This document shows, piece by piece, positions 1 to 10,734 of a stretch of DNA of 64,000 nucleotides. Numbering within the stretch: the first letter of the stretch is position 1; each line of letters opens with the position of its first letter. The DNA is from Sphingomonadales bacterium (GTDB taxonomy: Bacteria > Pseudomonadota > Alphaproteobacteria > Sphingomonadales > Sphingomonadaceae): contig JAXDPD010000003.1 in the NCBI GenBank assembly GCA_034668505.1, forward strand, positions 5,441 to 69,440, written 5' to 3'. The notes below the pieces were generated by a model. The model saw only the letters and a list, made by a program, of their open reading frames with translations. It was not told the DNA's origin and did no database searches. A program made the translations under genes and the position numbers.

Positions 1-1
1 C

Positions 2-637
2 CTGCCCGCGAGCAGCGGCGTGCTGGCCGGCTTCGATCCCTTCTTCCGGCTGAGCGCAGGCGGGCCGGTCGTCGTCACCTCGCTCAATCTCACCCTGCAC
101 GGCGTGCGCGAGGACCGCGCCACCGGACGGGGCGGGGCGATCATCGCCTTGCCCGACGGCCGCCAGCTGAGCTTCGAGGTCGGCGAGGAGATCATGCCGG
201 GCGTCACCCTGACCGCGGTCGGCTTCGACAACGTCACCATCTCGCGCGGCGGCACCGCCGAGCAGCTCTTCCTCGACCAATCCGAGCCGGCGCCGGCCGC
301 CGGCGGCGCGGCCACGGCGCCGGGCGTGCCGGGCAACCCCCAGATGACGGCGCCGGCGATGTCGTCCGGCCCGTTTGGCGGCGCGGCGATGAACTTCCAG
401 CCGCGCATCGCCGGCGCCGGCATCAACGGCATCATCGTCACCCCCGGCGCCGACGGCGGCCTCGCCTTCCGCGCGGCCGGCTTCCAGCCCGGCGACGTCA
501 TCGTCTCGGTCAACGGCCAGCGCATCACCTCTCTCGATCAGGCGCGATCGGCGGCCGCCGGCTCGGGCGGCGAGGTCAACGTCATGGTCGATCGCGGCGG
601 CCGCGCGGTCGCGCTCAGGGTAAGGCTCAACCAGTGA
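2..637 (+). CDS. gspC: Type II secretion system protein C (PDZ-containing), 5' end outside window
   Basis: Frame is open from base 2. C-terminal PDZ-like segment (FRAAGFQPGDVIVSVNG). Stop overlaps the secretin start. First gene of the gsp cluster. Confidence 0.8.
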   Translation: MPASSGVLAGFDPFFRLSAGGPVVVTSLNLTLHGVREDRATGRGGAIIALPDGRQLSFEVGEEIMPGVTLTAVGFDNVTISRGGTAEQLFLDQSEPAPAAGGAATAPGVPGNPQMTAPAMSSGPFGGAAMNFQPRIAGAGINGIIVTPGADGGLAFRAAGFQPGDVIVSVNGQRITSLDQARSAAAGSGGEVNVMVDRGGRAVALRVRLNQ

Positions 638-2804
638 AACGTCTGTTGCTTGCTTTGGCGTTGCTCTTCGCGCCCCTCTCGGCCGCCCAGGCGCAGCATG
701 TGCTGAACCTGCGCGACGCCGACATCCGCGCCTTCATCCAGGACGCCGCGCGAGTGACGGGGCGCACTTTCATCATCGATCCCGCCGTCCAGGGCCGGGT
801 CTCGGTGATCACCCAGCGGCCGCTCTCGACCAGCGAATATTTCGAATTGTTCCTCTCGACGATGCGCGCCAACGGCTTCGTCGCGGTGCCGGTCCGGGGC
901 GGCGCCTTCCGCATCCAGCCGGTCGCCGGCGCGGCGGCGAGCGCGCCGATCAGCCGCGGCCGGCGCGGCAATCCCGCCGGCTTCGTCACCGAAATCTTCC
1001 GCGTCCGCCACATCGAGGCCGCCGCCGCGATCGAGAGCCTGAGGCCACTGGTCAGCCGCGACGGCGCGATCACCGCCAACAGGGGGTCGATCATCGTTTC
1101 GGACTTCGCCGACAATATCGCCCGATTGAGGCAGGTGCTGGCGCGGATCGACGTCGACCAGAGCGCGACCCGAGTCGTCGGCCTCCAATTCGCCGGCGCG
1201 CGCGAGATCGCCGCCGCTTTGACCGAGCTCGCGCCCGACGGCGTCTCGGTGGTGCCGGTCGACAGCTCCAACGCGATCGCCTTCCGGGGCGACGCCGCCG
1301 CGGTCGCGCAACTGATCCGAATCGCCGAGGATCTCGACCGCCGCGCCGCCAATGGCAGCGAGATCCGCGTCGTCTTCCTCCAGCATGCCGACGCGGCGCA
1401 ATTGCTGCCGGTGCTGGAACGGCTGCTCGGCCAGGCGCCGACCCAGCCGAGCGCGCCGCAGCGCACGCGGCGCAGCAGCGCGGGCGCCGCCGGCCAGAAC
1501 GGGGCGGCCGTCCCGCAAACCGCCGCATCCGCGTCCGCCCCGGCCGCCGCGTCCGGCGGCGCCCCGGCCTCCGGCGCCATCCAGACCGTGGGCCAGCGCA
1601 ACGCCGTCGTCACCCGCTTCGAGGGCGCCAACGCGATCGTCATCTCCGCCTCGCCCGACGTCCAGCGCACTCTGGGCGAAGTGATCCGCCAGCTCGACGT
1701 GCGGCGCCAGCAGGTGCTGGTCGAGGCGATCATCGTCGAGATCGGCGACACCGCCGCGCAACGGCTCGGCGTCCAGCTCTTCCTCTCCGGCCTGCGCGGC
1801 TCGAACATCCCGTTCGCGATCACCAATTATTCGAGCATCGTCCCCAATATCGGCACCATCGCCGGCGCCATCGCCGCGCGCGAGCTCGGCGGCTCCTCGA
1901 CCACGGTGACGACCGGCACCGGCTCGACCACGTCGACCACGACGGGGACCGGCTCCGACCTGATCGAAGCGGCGGCGGGCCAGCTCGCCGGCATCAACGG
2001 CGGCCTGGTCGGCGGCGCCATCCAGAGCGGCAACGCGATCTTCGGCGCGATCGTCAACGCCGTCCGCTCCGACAACCAGTCCAACATCTTGTCGACGCCC
2101 TCGATCATGACGCTCGACAATCAGGAGGCGCATTTCCTGGTCGGCCAGGAAATCCCGATCACCACCGGCGAGGCGCTCTCCCCCAATTTCGACAACACCT
2201 TCCGCACCGTCCAGCGCCAGAATGTCGGCGTCACGCTCGACGTGAGGCCGCAGATCAACGCCGGCGGCACGATCAAGCTCGACCTCAGGGTCGAGGTCAG
2301 CTCGATCGCCGGGCCGGTCTCGGCGACCTTCCAGGACCTGATCCTCAACAAGCGCGAGATTGAGAATACGATCACCATCGACGACGGCGAGATCGTCGGC
2401 ATTGGCGGCCTGCTCGACGACAATGACCGGCGCACGCTCGACCGCGTGCCCGTGCTCGGCGACATTCCGGTGATCGGCAACCTCTTCCGGTCGCGCGGGC
2501 GCTCGCGGGCGCGGACCAATCTCATGGTGTTCATCCGCCCGACCATCCTGCGCACCGCCGAGGACGTCCAGGCGATGAGCGCGCGGCGCTACAATTATGT
2601 GCGCGGCCACCAGATCATCGCCAGCCCGAACCGCGAGCCGACGCTGGACGAAATCGTCCGCGACTATCTCGGCACGGTGCCGCCGACCGTGCCCGAGGGG
2701 CCGGGGCCGCGGGACCAGGTGATCACGCCGGCAACGCTGCCTTCGCCGCCGCCGGAGGAACCGGAGGATGTCCCGGTGGAGGCCCCGGCGTTCCGGTCGC
2801 CGCA

Positions 2805-2808
<4 letters not shown>
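634..2808 (+). CDS. gspD: Type II secretion system secretin
   Basis: Signal peptide; N-domains (LNLRDADIRAFI, IIDPAVQGRV); secretin core (QVLVEAIIVE, NILSTPSIMTLDNQEA, VPVLGDIPVIGNLFRS). Confidence 0.95.
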
Positions 2809-4380
<1,572 letters not shown>

Positions 4381-4388
<8 letters not shown>

Positions 4389-5604
4389 TTTCGCTTATGT
4401 CGGCCTCGACACGGCCGGACGCGAGCGGCGCGGCTCGGTGCGCGCCGAGACCAGCGAGGCGGCGCGCGACCAGCTCAGCCAGCGCAAGCTCTATGTCGTC
4501 AGGATCGAGCCCGCCGGCGAGGATGCCGGGCGGCCCTTGCTCTCGCGCGGTCTGTGGGCGCGGCGCAAGATGGGGATCAAGCAGGTCACCCTCTTCACCC
4601 GCCAGCTCGCCACCCTGATCACGGTCTCGCCGCTCGAAGAGGCGCTGCGCACCATCTCGCGCCAGGCCGAGCGCGAGGAGGTCCGGCGCATCCTCACCCA
4701 CGTCCATGCCGGCATCGTCGAGGGCCTGCGCCTCTCCGATTCGATGGCGCGCGAGGCGGCGAGCTTCCCGCCGCTCTACCGGGCGATGGTCGCCGCCGGC
4801 GAGGCCTCGGGGACGCTGCCGCAAATCCTGGAGCGGCTCGCCAACCTCATGGAGCGGCAGGCGCAGGTCAGGAGCAAGGTGCTCTCGACGCTCGCTTATC
4901 CGATCATCCTCGCCTTCGTCGCCGCTTTCGTCGTCTTCGCCTTGATGATCTTCGTCGTCCCCAAGGTGGTCGAGCAATTCCAGGATGTCGGCCAGTCCTT
5001 GCCGCTGCTGACCCGGATGGTGATCGGCCTCTCCAATTTCCTCGCCGCCTGGTGGTGGGCGATCCTGCTCGCCGTCGCGGCCATCATCTTCCTCAGCCTG
5101 CGCGCGCTCAAGGACGAGGGCGTCCGGATGAAGTTCGACCGCTTCCTGCTGCGCCTGCCTCTGGTCGGCCGGCTGATCCGCGATCTCCACGCGGCGCGGA
5201 TGGCGCGCACGCTCTCGACCATGGTGGCGAGCCGGCTGCCCTTGCTCGAGGGGCTGAAGCTCACCGCCAGCACCGTCCACAACCGCGTGCTGCGCGCGGC
5301 CATGGCCGACATCGCCGAGCAGGTCCGCACCGGCGGCAGCCTGTCCGGAGCGATGCGGCGGGCGGGGATCTTCCCGCCTCTGCTCGTCTATCTCGCCGCC
5401 TCGGGCGAGGCCTCGGGCAAATTGGACGTGATGCTGGAGCGCGCCGCCGACTATCTCGAGCGCGAGTTCGACGCCTTCACCACGACCGCCTTGTCGCTGC
5501 TCGAGCCGGCGATCATCATAATCATGGGCGCGGTGGTGGCGCTGATCGTGCTTTCGATCCTGCTCCCGATCCTGCAACTCGACACATTGGCTGGAGGATA
5601 TTGA
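4381..5604 (+). CDS. gspF: Type II secretion inner-membrane platform protein
   Basis: FTRQLATL, GEASGTL/GEASGKL duplicated domains, LLEPAIII; three hydrophobic segments. Confidence 0.95.
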
Positions 5605-6107
5605 TGGCCGCTTCCTTAAATCCTCCCTGGAACGGGGAGGGGGACCGCACGAAATGCGGTGGAGGGGGTTCAGAGACCCGCGCCGAGCCCCCTCCACCAC
5701 GCGCTGCGCGCGCGGTCCCCCTCCCCGTCCCGGGGAGGATCCAAGGCTTCACCCTTGTGGAATTGATGGTGGTGATCGTCATCCTCGGGCTGCTGGCGAC
5801 GATCGTGCTGATCAACGTCATGCCGGCCACCGGCCGCGCCAAGCTCACCGCCGCCCATAGCAGCGTCAAGCAGCTCGAGCAGGCGATCGACATGTACAAT
5901 CTCGACAATGGCCGCCTGCCGACCCGCCAGGAAGGGCTGCAGGCTCTGGTCGCGAGCCGGATCCTGCGGCGGCTCGACCCCGATCCCTGGGGCAATGCCT
6001 TCGTCTACAGGATTCCGGGCCGGAACGGGCGCCCCTATGACGTGCTCTCCATGGGCGCCGACGGCCGCGAGGGCGGCACCGAGGACAATGCAGACATCTA
6101 TCCCTGA
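5604..6107 (+). CDS. gspG: Major pseudopilin with an extended (48-aa) prepilin leader
   Basis: G|FTLVELMVVIVILGLL cleavage motif at 5748; DPWGN...SMGADGREGG. ATG 5604 overlaps the gspF TGA and follows GGAGGA. No other in-frame ATG/GTG/TTG occurs before the cleavage site. Confidence 0.9.
   Translation: MAASLNPPWNGEGDRTKCGGGGSETRAEPPPPRAARAVPLPVPGRIQGFTLVELMVVIVILGLLATIVLINVMPATGRAKLTAAHSSVKQLEQAIDMYNLDNGRLPTRQEGLQALVASRILRRLDPDPWGNAFVYRIPGRNGRPYDVLSMGADGREGGTEDNADIYP
5620..5740. repeat. REP-like palindromic element, family C (long form), inside the gspG leader
   Basis: Arms 5620-5648 and 5712-5740 are reverse complements at 27/29 positions; inner arms GGTGGAGGGG/CCCCTCCACC. Confidence 0.9.
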
Positions 6108-7140
6108 TCCCGGAGCGGCCATCCTGCTTGCCTTCGCCGGCGAGGGGGCGGCGCCCGGGCGCTGGCTGCTCATCGAGGGCGGCCGGGTCACCGCGCGCGG
6201 CGAGGAAGGCGACGAGGTGCTGCTCGCGCCGGGCACGCGCACGGCGCTGGCCGTGCCCGGCGCCGAGGTCGCGATCCACTGGCTCGACCTGGCCGAGGGC
6301 CTCGCGCCGGCCCAGGCCGCCGCGGCGGCGCGGCTGATGCTCGCCGACGCCAGCGCCGGCAGCCTCGCCGACATGCACGTCGCCGTCGGCCTGCCAGAGC
6401 GCGACCTGACGCCGGTGGCGCTGGCGCCCGCCGCGCTGATGGCGGCCTGGACCGCGCGCGACCCGGACATCGTCATCCCGACCTCGCTGCTGCTGCTGCC
6501 GCCCGAGGAAGGGCTGGCCCGGCGCGACGCAGGCCGCACCACCCCCGATTATCGCGGGCCCGCCGCCGCGTTCAGCGTCGAGCCCGAGATCGCGCAGCTG
6601 CTGGTCGGCGAGGCGCCGACCGCGGCGATCGACGAGGAGGCGTTCGAGGCGGGGCTTGCCGCCGCTCTCTCGCCGCCCGCCGTCAACCTGCGCCAGGGCG
6701 CCTTCGCCCGCCGCCGGCAGTGGCGGGTCGACGGCTCGCGGCTGCGCCGCGTCGCCTGGCTGGCGCTCGCGCTCGCCGCTTTGTCGCTGATCGTCCAGCT
6801 CGCCCAGATCCTCGCTTATTCCTCCTCCGCAAGCCGGATCGCGGACGAGGCGGCGGCGCTGGCGGCGCGGGCGCCGGCCGGGGCCAATGCGCGGCTCGGC
6901 TTCACGCCGCTCGCCGCGACCCTGTTCGAGGCGATCCGGGCCGTGCCCAATGTCGAATTGAGCCGGCTCGAATACCGGCCCGACGGGATCCTGTCGGCGA
7001 TCGTCACCGTCGACAGCCCGGCGACGCTGGCAGTGCTGCGCCAGCGGATCGCGGCGAGCGGCCTGATCGTCCAGGACGGCGCGCCGCAGCCCGCCGGCGG
7101 CGCCCGCTCGACCGCCGAATTGCTGCTGAGGCCGGCATGA
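6088..7140 (+). CDS. gspL: Type II secretion system protein L
   Basis: Position in cluster; cytoplasmic actin-like region (DMHVAVG, VNLRQGAFA) followed by one TM helix. Start taken at ATG 6088 overlapping the gspG end. Confidence 0.8.
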   Translation: MQTSIPDPGAAILLAFAGEGAAPGRWLLIEGGRVTARGEEGDEVLLAPGTRTALAVPGAEVAIHWLDLAEGLAPAQAAAAARLMLADASAGSLADMHVAVGLPERDLTPVALAPAALMAAWTARDPDIVIPTSLLLLPPEEGLARRDAGRTTPDYRGPAAAFSVEPEIAQLLVGEAPTAAIDEEAFEAGLAAALSPPAVNLRQGAFARRRQWRVDGSRLRRVAWLALALAALSLIVQLAQILAYSSSASRIADEAAALAARAPAGANARLGFTPLAATLFEAIRAVPNVELSRLEYRPDGILSAIVTVDSPATLAVLRQRIAASGLIVQDGAPQPAGGARSTAELLLRPA

Positions 7141-7595
7141 GCCTGTGGTGGGCGGAGCGCAGCGCGCGCGAGCGCCGGCTGATCCTGGCGATGCTCGCGC
7201 TGGCCGTGATCGTGCTCGGCTGGCTGATGGTGGTGCGGCCATTGTCGGACGCGCTCGACGCCGCCAAGACGCGCCAGGCGGCCGCCACCGTAGCGCTCGG
7301 CGAGGCGCGGGCGCGCGTGAGCCAAAGCGCCGGCCCGCGCGGCCCGGCGCCGGCGCTGCCGGCCGACAGCCTGATCGGCCGCGCGGCGAGCGAAGCCGGC
7401 TTCACCAGCGCCCGCATCGCCAGCCAGGGGCCGATGCGCGCCAGCGTCGCCATCGACGCCGCGCGGCCGCAGGCGCTGTTCGCCTGGCTCCTGCGGCTCG
7501 AGCAGAGCGGCCTCGTCGTCGAACGGCTGCGCGTCCGGGCGAACAGCGACCGCACCCTGGCCGCCGAAATCGCCTTGCGGGCGCGGGGGCGCTGA
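7137..7595 (+). CDS. gspM: Type II secretion system protein M
   Basis: WWAERSARERRLIL + TM helix, LFAWLLRLE; ATGA overlap with gspL. Confidence 0.85.
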   Translation: MSLWWAERSARERRLILAMLALAVIVLGWLMVVRPLSDALDAAKTRQAAATVALGEARARVSQSAGPRGPAPALPADSLIGRAASEAGFTSARIASQGPMRASVAIDAARPQALFAWLLRLEQSGLVVERLRVRANSDRTLAAEIALRARGR

Positions 7596-8314
7596 TGCGG
7601 CTGCGCCTGCCCTTGCGACGCACCGTCTTCTTCCTCGCCGCTCTGGCGGCGGCATTGGTCGTGCTGCTGCCGCTGCGCGCCGCCATCGGCTGGTTCGACC
7701 TGGGCGGCCGCGGCCTCGCCGCCCGCGAGGCCGAGGGCAGCCTGTGGTTCGGCAAGTTGCGGGAAGCGCAATTCGGGCCGGTGGCGCTCGGCGATGTCGA
7801 TGCCCGGCTCAACCTCCTGCCGCTCTTCCTCGGGCGCGCCCGGCTCTCGCTGAGCCGCGAGGAGGCGGCGGGCGGCCGGTTCAGCGGCGCGATCACGGTC
7901 AGCCGCCACAGCTTCGGGCTCGACGACCTCAACGGGCAATTGCGCACCGGCGCGCTGTTCGCGCCGCTGCCGGTGACCACGCTCGACCTCAGCGGCGTCA
8001 CCGTCCATTTCGACAACGGCATATGCGAGAGCGCCGAGGGCGAGGTCCGCGCGGGGCTCTCGGGCGACGTTGGCGGGATCGTGCTGCCCTCGGGGCTGCG
8101 CGGCAATGTCCGCTGCGCCGAGGGCGCGCTGCTGCTGCCGCTGACCGGCCAGTCGGGCCTCGAGCAGATCGAGATCCGCATTTCGGCGGGCGGGCGCTGG
8201 CGGGCCGAATATATCGTCCGCCCGGCCGATCCCGCCGCGATCGAGCGGCTGACGGCGGCCGGCTTCGTGGCCGGGCCGGGCGGCTATGTGCGGCGGATCG
8301 ACGGCTCCTTCTGA
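7595..8314 (+). CDS. gspN: Type II secretion system protein N
   Basis: N-terminal TM, EGSLWFGKL, GNVRCAEGALLLPL; TGATG overlap with gspM. Confidence 0.8.
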   Translation: MRLRLPLRRTVFFLAALAAALVVLLPLRAAIGWFDLGGRGLAAREAEGSLWFGKLREAQFGPVALGDVDARLNLLPLFLGRARLSLSREEAAGGRFSGAITVSRHSFGLDDLNGQLRTGALFAPLPVTTLDLSGVTVHFDNGICESAEGEVRAGLSGDVGGIVLPSGLRGNVRCAEGALLLPLTGQSGLEQIEIRISAGGRWRAEYIVRPADPAAIERLTAAGFVAGPGGYVRRIDGSF

Positions 8315-8434
8315 CGGGCCGAGCGCGGCGCCGGAGAAAAAGAGCGGGATGAGCCGTTGGTGCGGCGTGCGGCGAGGGGGTTCTCGCCCGGCGGCGCCGC
8401 TCGCGCGCGGCCGGCACAAAGCACGGAGCTCGAC

Positions 8435-9094
8435 ATGAAATCACTTACGCTCGCCGCGGCGGCCTTGCTGTTCAGCACCTCCGCTCTGGCCTTGGCGCCA
8501 TCGACCGAGCCGGCCGCCGCGCCCGCGGTCGCCAAGGACCCGCTCGTCGTCACGCCGGCCGAAACCACGGCCGCCGCCGATCCCGCCGGCTGGGCGAGCT
8601 ATGCGCCGGTCCTCCAGCCCGCTTCGGCCGTGAGCTGGGAGACGGCGGGCGGCAAGGCCGGCGATCCCGACCTCGACCTCGCCGTCGATCCCGACGCCGA
8701 GCAAGCCAGCCTGACCGGCATGGGCGGCCCCGACGAAGCGGTCGACGTCGAACCGGCGCCGGAAACGCTGGCGGCGGACAACGTCGCCCCGGCGCCCGAA
8801 ACGCTGGCCGCCGCCGACATCGCGCCGCGCCCGGCCGCGCAAAACTATCCGGCCTGCCGCCCGGGCCCCGGCGACGACAATTGCATCCAGCTCTACGAGC
8901 CCGGCGTCCGCCTGGCGCTGGCCGGCTGGACCCGGCCGACCGGCGGCCTGGCCGACGGCACGGCGACCGCGATGGGCGGCCCCTACGAGCCGGTCGACGA
9001 CGCGGCGGGCCTCGAGACGGCGATGGCCGGCGACGGCGTCGTCGACGCGGGCATGGGCGAAATGAGCGCCGACGAGGATGCGGTTGCGATCTAG
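8435..9094 (+). CDS. Exported low-complexity hypothetical protein with a YPAC...CIQLYE motif
   Basis: Signal peptide MKSLTLAAAALLFSTSALA; GGAG RBS; Ala/Pro/Asp-rich; short tandem repeat PAPETLAA x2. Confidence 0.7.
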   Translation: MKSLTLAAAALLFSTSALALAPSTEPAAAPAVAKDPLVVTPAETTAAADPAGWASYAPVLQPASAVSWETAGGKAGDPDLDLAVDPDAEQASLTGMGGPDEAVDVEPAPETLAADNVAPAPETLAAADIAPRPAAQNYPACRPGPGDDNCIQLYEPGVRLALAGWTRPTGGLADGTATAMGGPYEPVDDAAGLETAMAGDGVVDAGMGEMSADEDAVAI

Positions 9095-9095
9095 G

Positions 9096-9168
9096 CTGTT
9101 CCCCGGCGAAAGCCGGGGTCCAGCTCTTTCGTCAGCGCCGCTGGGCTCCGGCTTTCGCCGGGGAACAG
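9096..9168. repeat. REP doublet, family A (CCCCGGCGAAAGCCGGGGTCCA)
   Basis: 21-bp perfect inverted arms 9096-9116/9148-9168 between convergent genes. Confidence 0.9.
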
Positions 9169-9181
9169 GGGCGCCGGCGGC

Positions 9182-9724
9182 TCAGCTGTCCGCGGCGGGA
9201 GGCTCCGCGGGCGCAGCCCCTCCCTGCTTGTCGGCGAGCCAGGCGTTGAGCTTGGCGATCGTCCGTTCGAGCGCGCGGACGATGGCGCGGACCTGCTCGG
9301 GATCCTCCTCGGCGATGGCGATCTCGGAGAGCCAGCGCGTGTCGGACAGCCACTCCTCATTGTCCTCGCGGTCGCTGACCGAGATGCCGATATAGGCTTC
9401 CTCCGCCTCCACCCAGGCCTCGCCGTCGAGGGCGAGGCTGTGCAGGCGGATCTGCGCATTCTCCTCGATGTCGCCGATGCAGACCTCGCGCGCCGCCTCG
9501 AAGAAGGGCGCGACCAGCGCCCAATCCATCTTGGTCTCCGACAGGATCGAGAAGACCGCGTTCAATATCTGCTTCTGGGCGATATTGTGGAAATCGGCGG
9601 TGGTGAGCGGCGCATCGTCGGCGGGCTCGTCCGCCAGCGGCTCGTCTTCGCCCGCCACCAGCCAATCGGGGTCGGGCGGCGGCTTGTCGGGCGAGTCGTC
9701 GCCTGGATCGTCTTGCTTGGCCAT
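9182..9724 (-). CDS. Acidic hypothetical protein
   Basis: 180-aa ORF with natural globular composition, directly downstream of the YihY gene on the same strand. Confidence 0.7.
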   Translation of the reverse strand: MAKQDDPGDDSPDKPPPDPDWLVAGEDEPLADEPADDAPLTTADFHNIAQKQILNAVFSILSETKMDWALVAPFFEAAREVCIGDIEENAQIRLHSLALDGEAWVEAEEAYIGISVSDREDNEEWLSDTRWLSEIAIAEEDPEQVRAIVRALERTIAKLNAWLADKQGGAAPAEPPAADS

Positions 9725-9755
9725 AGATGCGGGCTGCCTCGCGGGCGCCGCGCGG

Positions 9756-10652
9756 TCAAGCGGGCTTTCGCCGCCCGGCGTCGATTTCCAGGATCGCGTT
9801 GAGCTCGCCGCCGAGCAGCAGGATATAGGCGCTGAGATAGAGCCAGGTCAGGAAGACGATCACCGCGCCCAATGCGCCGTAGGTCGCGTTGTAATCGTCG
9901 AAATTGGCGACATAGATGCCGAAGCCGAGCGTCGCCGCCAGCCAGGCCAGGGTCGCCGCCGTGGATCCCGGCGTGATCCACTTCCAGGGCGCCTCCGGCC
10001 GGCAGGGGACGAAGCGGTAGACGAGCGCGAGCAGCAGCATGACGAGCAGGCCGGCGGCGATCAGGAAGAGGATCTTGAGCAGGATTTCGGTCAGGCCGCC
10101 AAGGCCGGGCAGCAGGCTTTCGAGGAAGGTCAAGGCCGAGATGGTGCCAAGCGCGAGCACCAGCGCGAACAGGGCGCCGGCCGTCACCTGCAACGTGATC
10201 AGCGTCTGCCGCAGCCAGGATCGGCTTTCCTTCGCCTCGTAGACGATGTTGAGCGCGGTCATGATCGCGCCCGCCGCCTTGCTGGCGCCGAACAATGCGA
10301 TCGCCAGCGCGACCAGCAAAGCGAGGCCCGTCTTGGCGCCGCTCGCCTCGGTCATCGACTCGAGCTGGTCGGCGACGATCCCGGCGGCGTTGGCGGGCAG
10401 GATCCCGGCCAGCGCCTGGACGTCGCGCGTCACCGTGGCCGAATCGGCGAACAGGCCGTAGCTCAGCACCAAGGCGGTGAGCAGAGGCACGAAGGCGAGA
10501 AAGGCGTAGAAAGCGACGCCCGCCGCGACCAGCCCGAGATTGTCCTCGCCGGCGTCGGTCCAGGTATCGACCAGGACCGTCTTCCACAGCCGCCAGCCGC
10601 TGGCGGCGCGCGCCCCTTTTCCGCCGGCCTTGGGTCGCTTGGATCGAGCCAT
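9756..10652 (-). CDS. YihY/BrkB family inner-membrane protein
   Basis: DNLGLVAAGVAFYAFLAFVP, YNATYGALGAVIVFLTWLYLSAYILLLGGELNA. Confidence 0.9.
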   Translation of the reverse strand: MARSKRPKAGGKGARAASGWRLWKTVLVDTWTDAGEDNLGLVAAGVAFYAFLAFVPLLTALVLSYGLFADSATVTRDVQALAGILPANAAGIVADQLESMTEASGAKTGLALLVALAIALFGASKAAGAIMTALNIVYEAKESRSWLRQTLITLQVTAGALFALVLALGTISALTFLESLLPGLGGLTEILLKILFLIAAGLLVMLLLALVYRFVPCRPEAPWKWITPGSTAATLAWLAATLGFGIYVANFDDYNATYGALGAVIVFLTWLYLSAYILLLGGELNAILEIDAGRRKPA

Positions 10653-10734
10653 GTCCGCATAGTAACCGGCGGCCCCGGATGTTCCAGCGCCGCCGCGCTT
10701 TTCCCTCCCCGCCGCCGATGCTACCGACCGGAGG

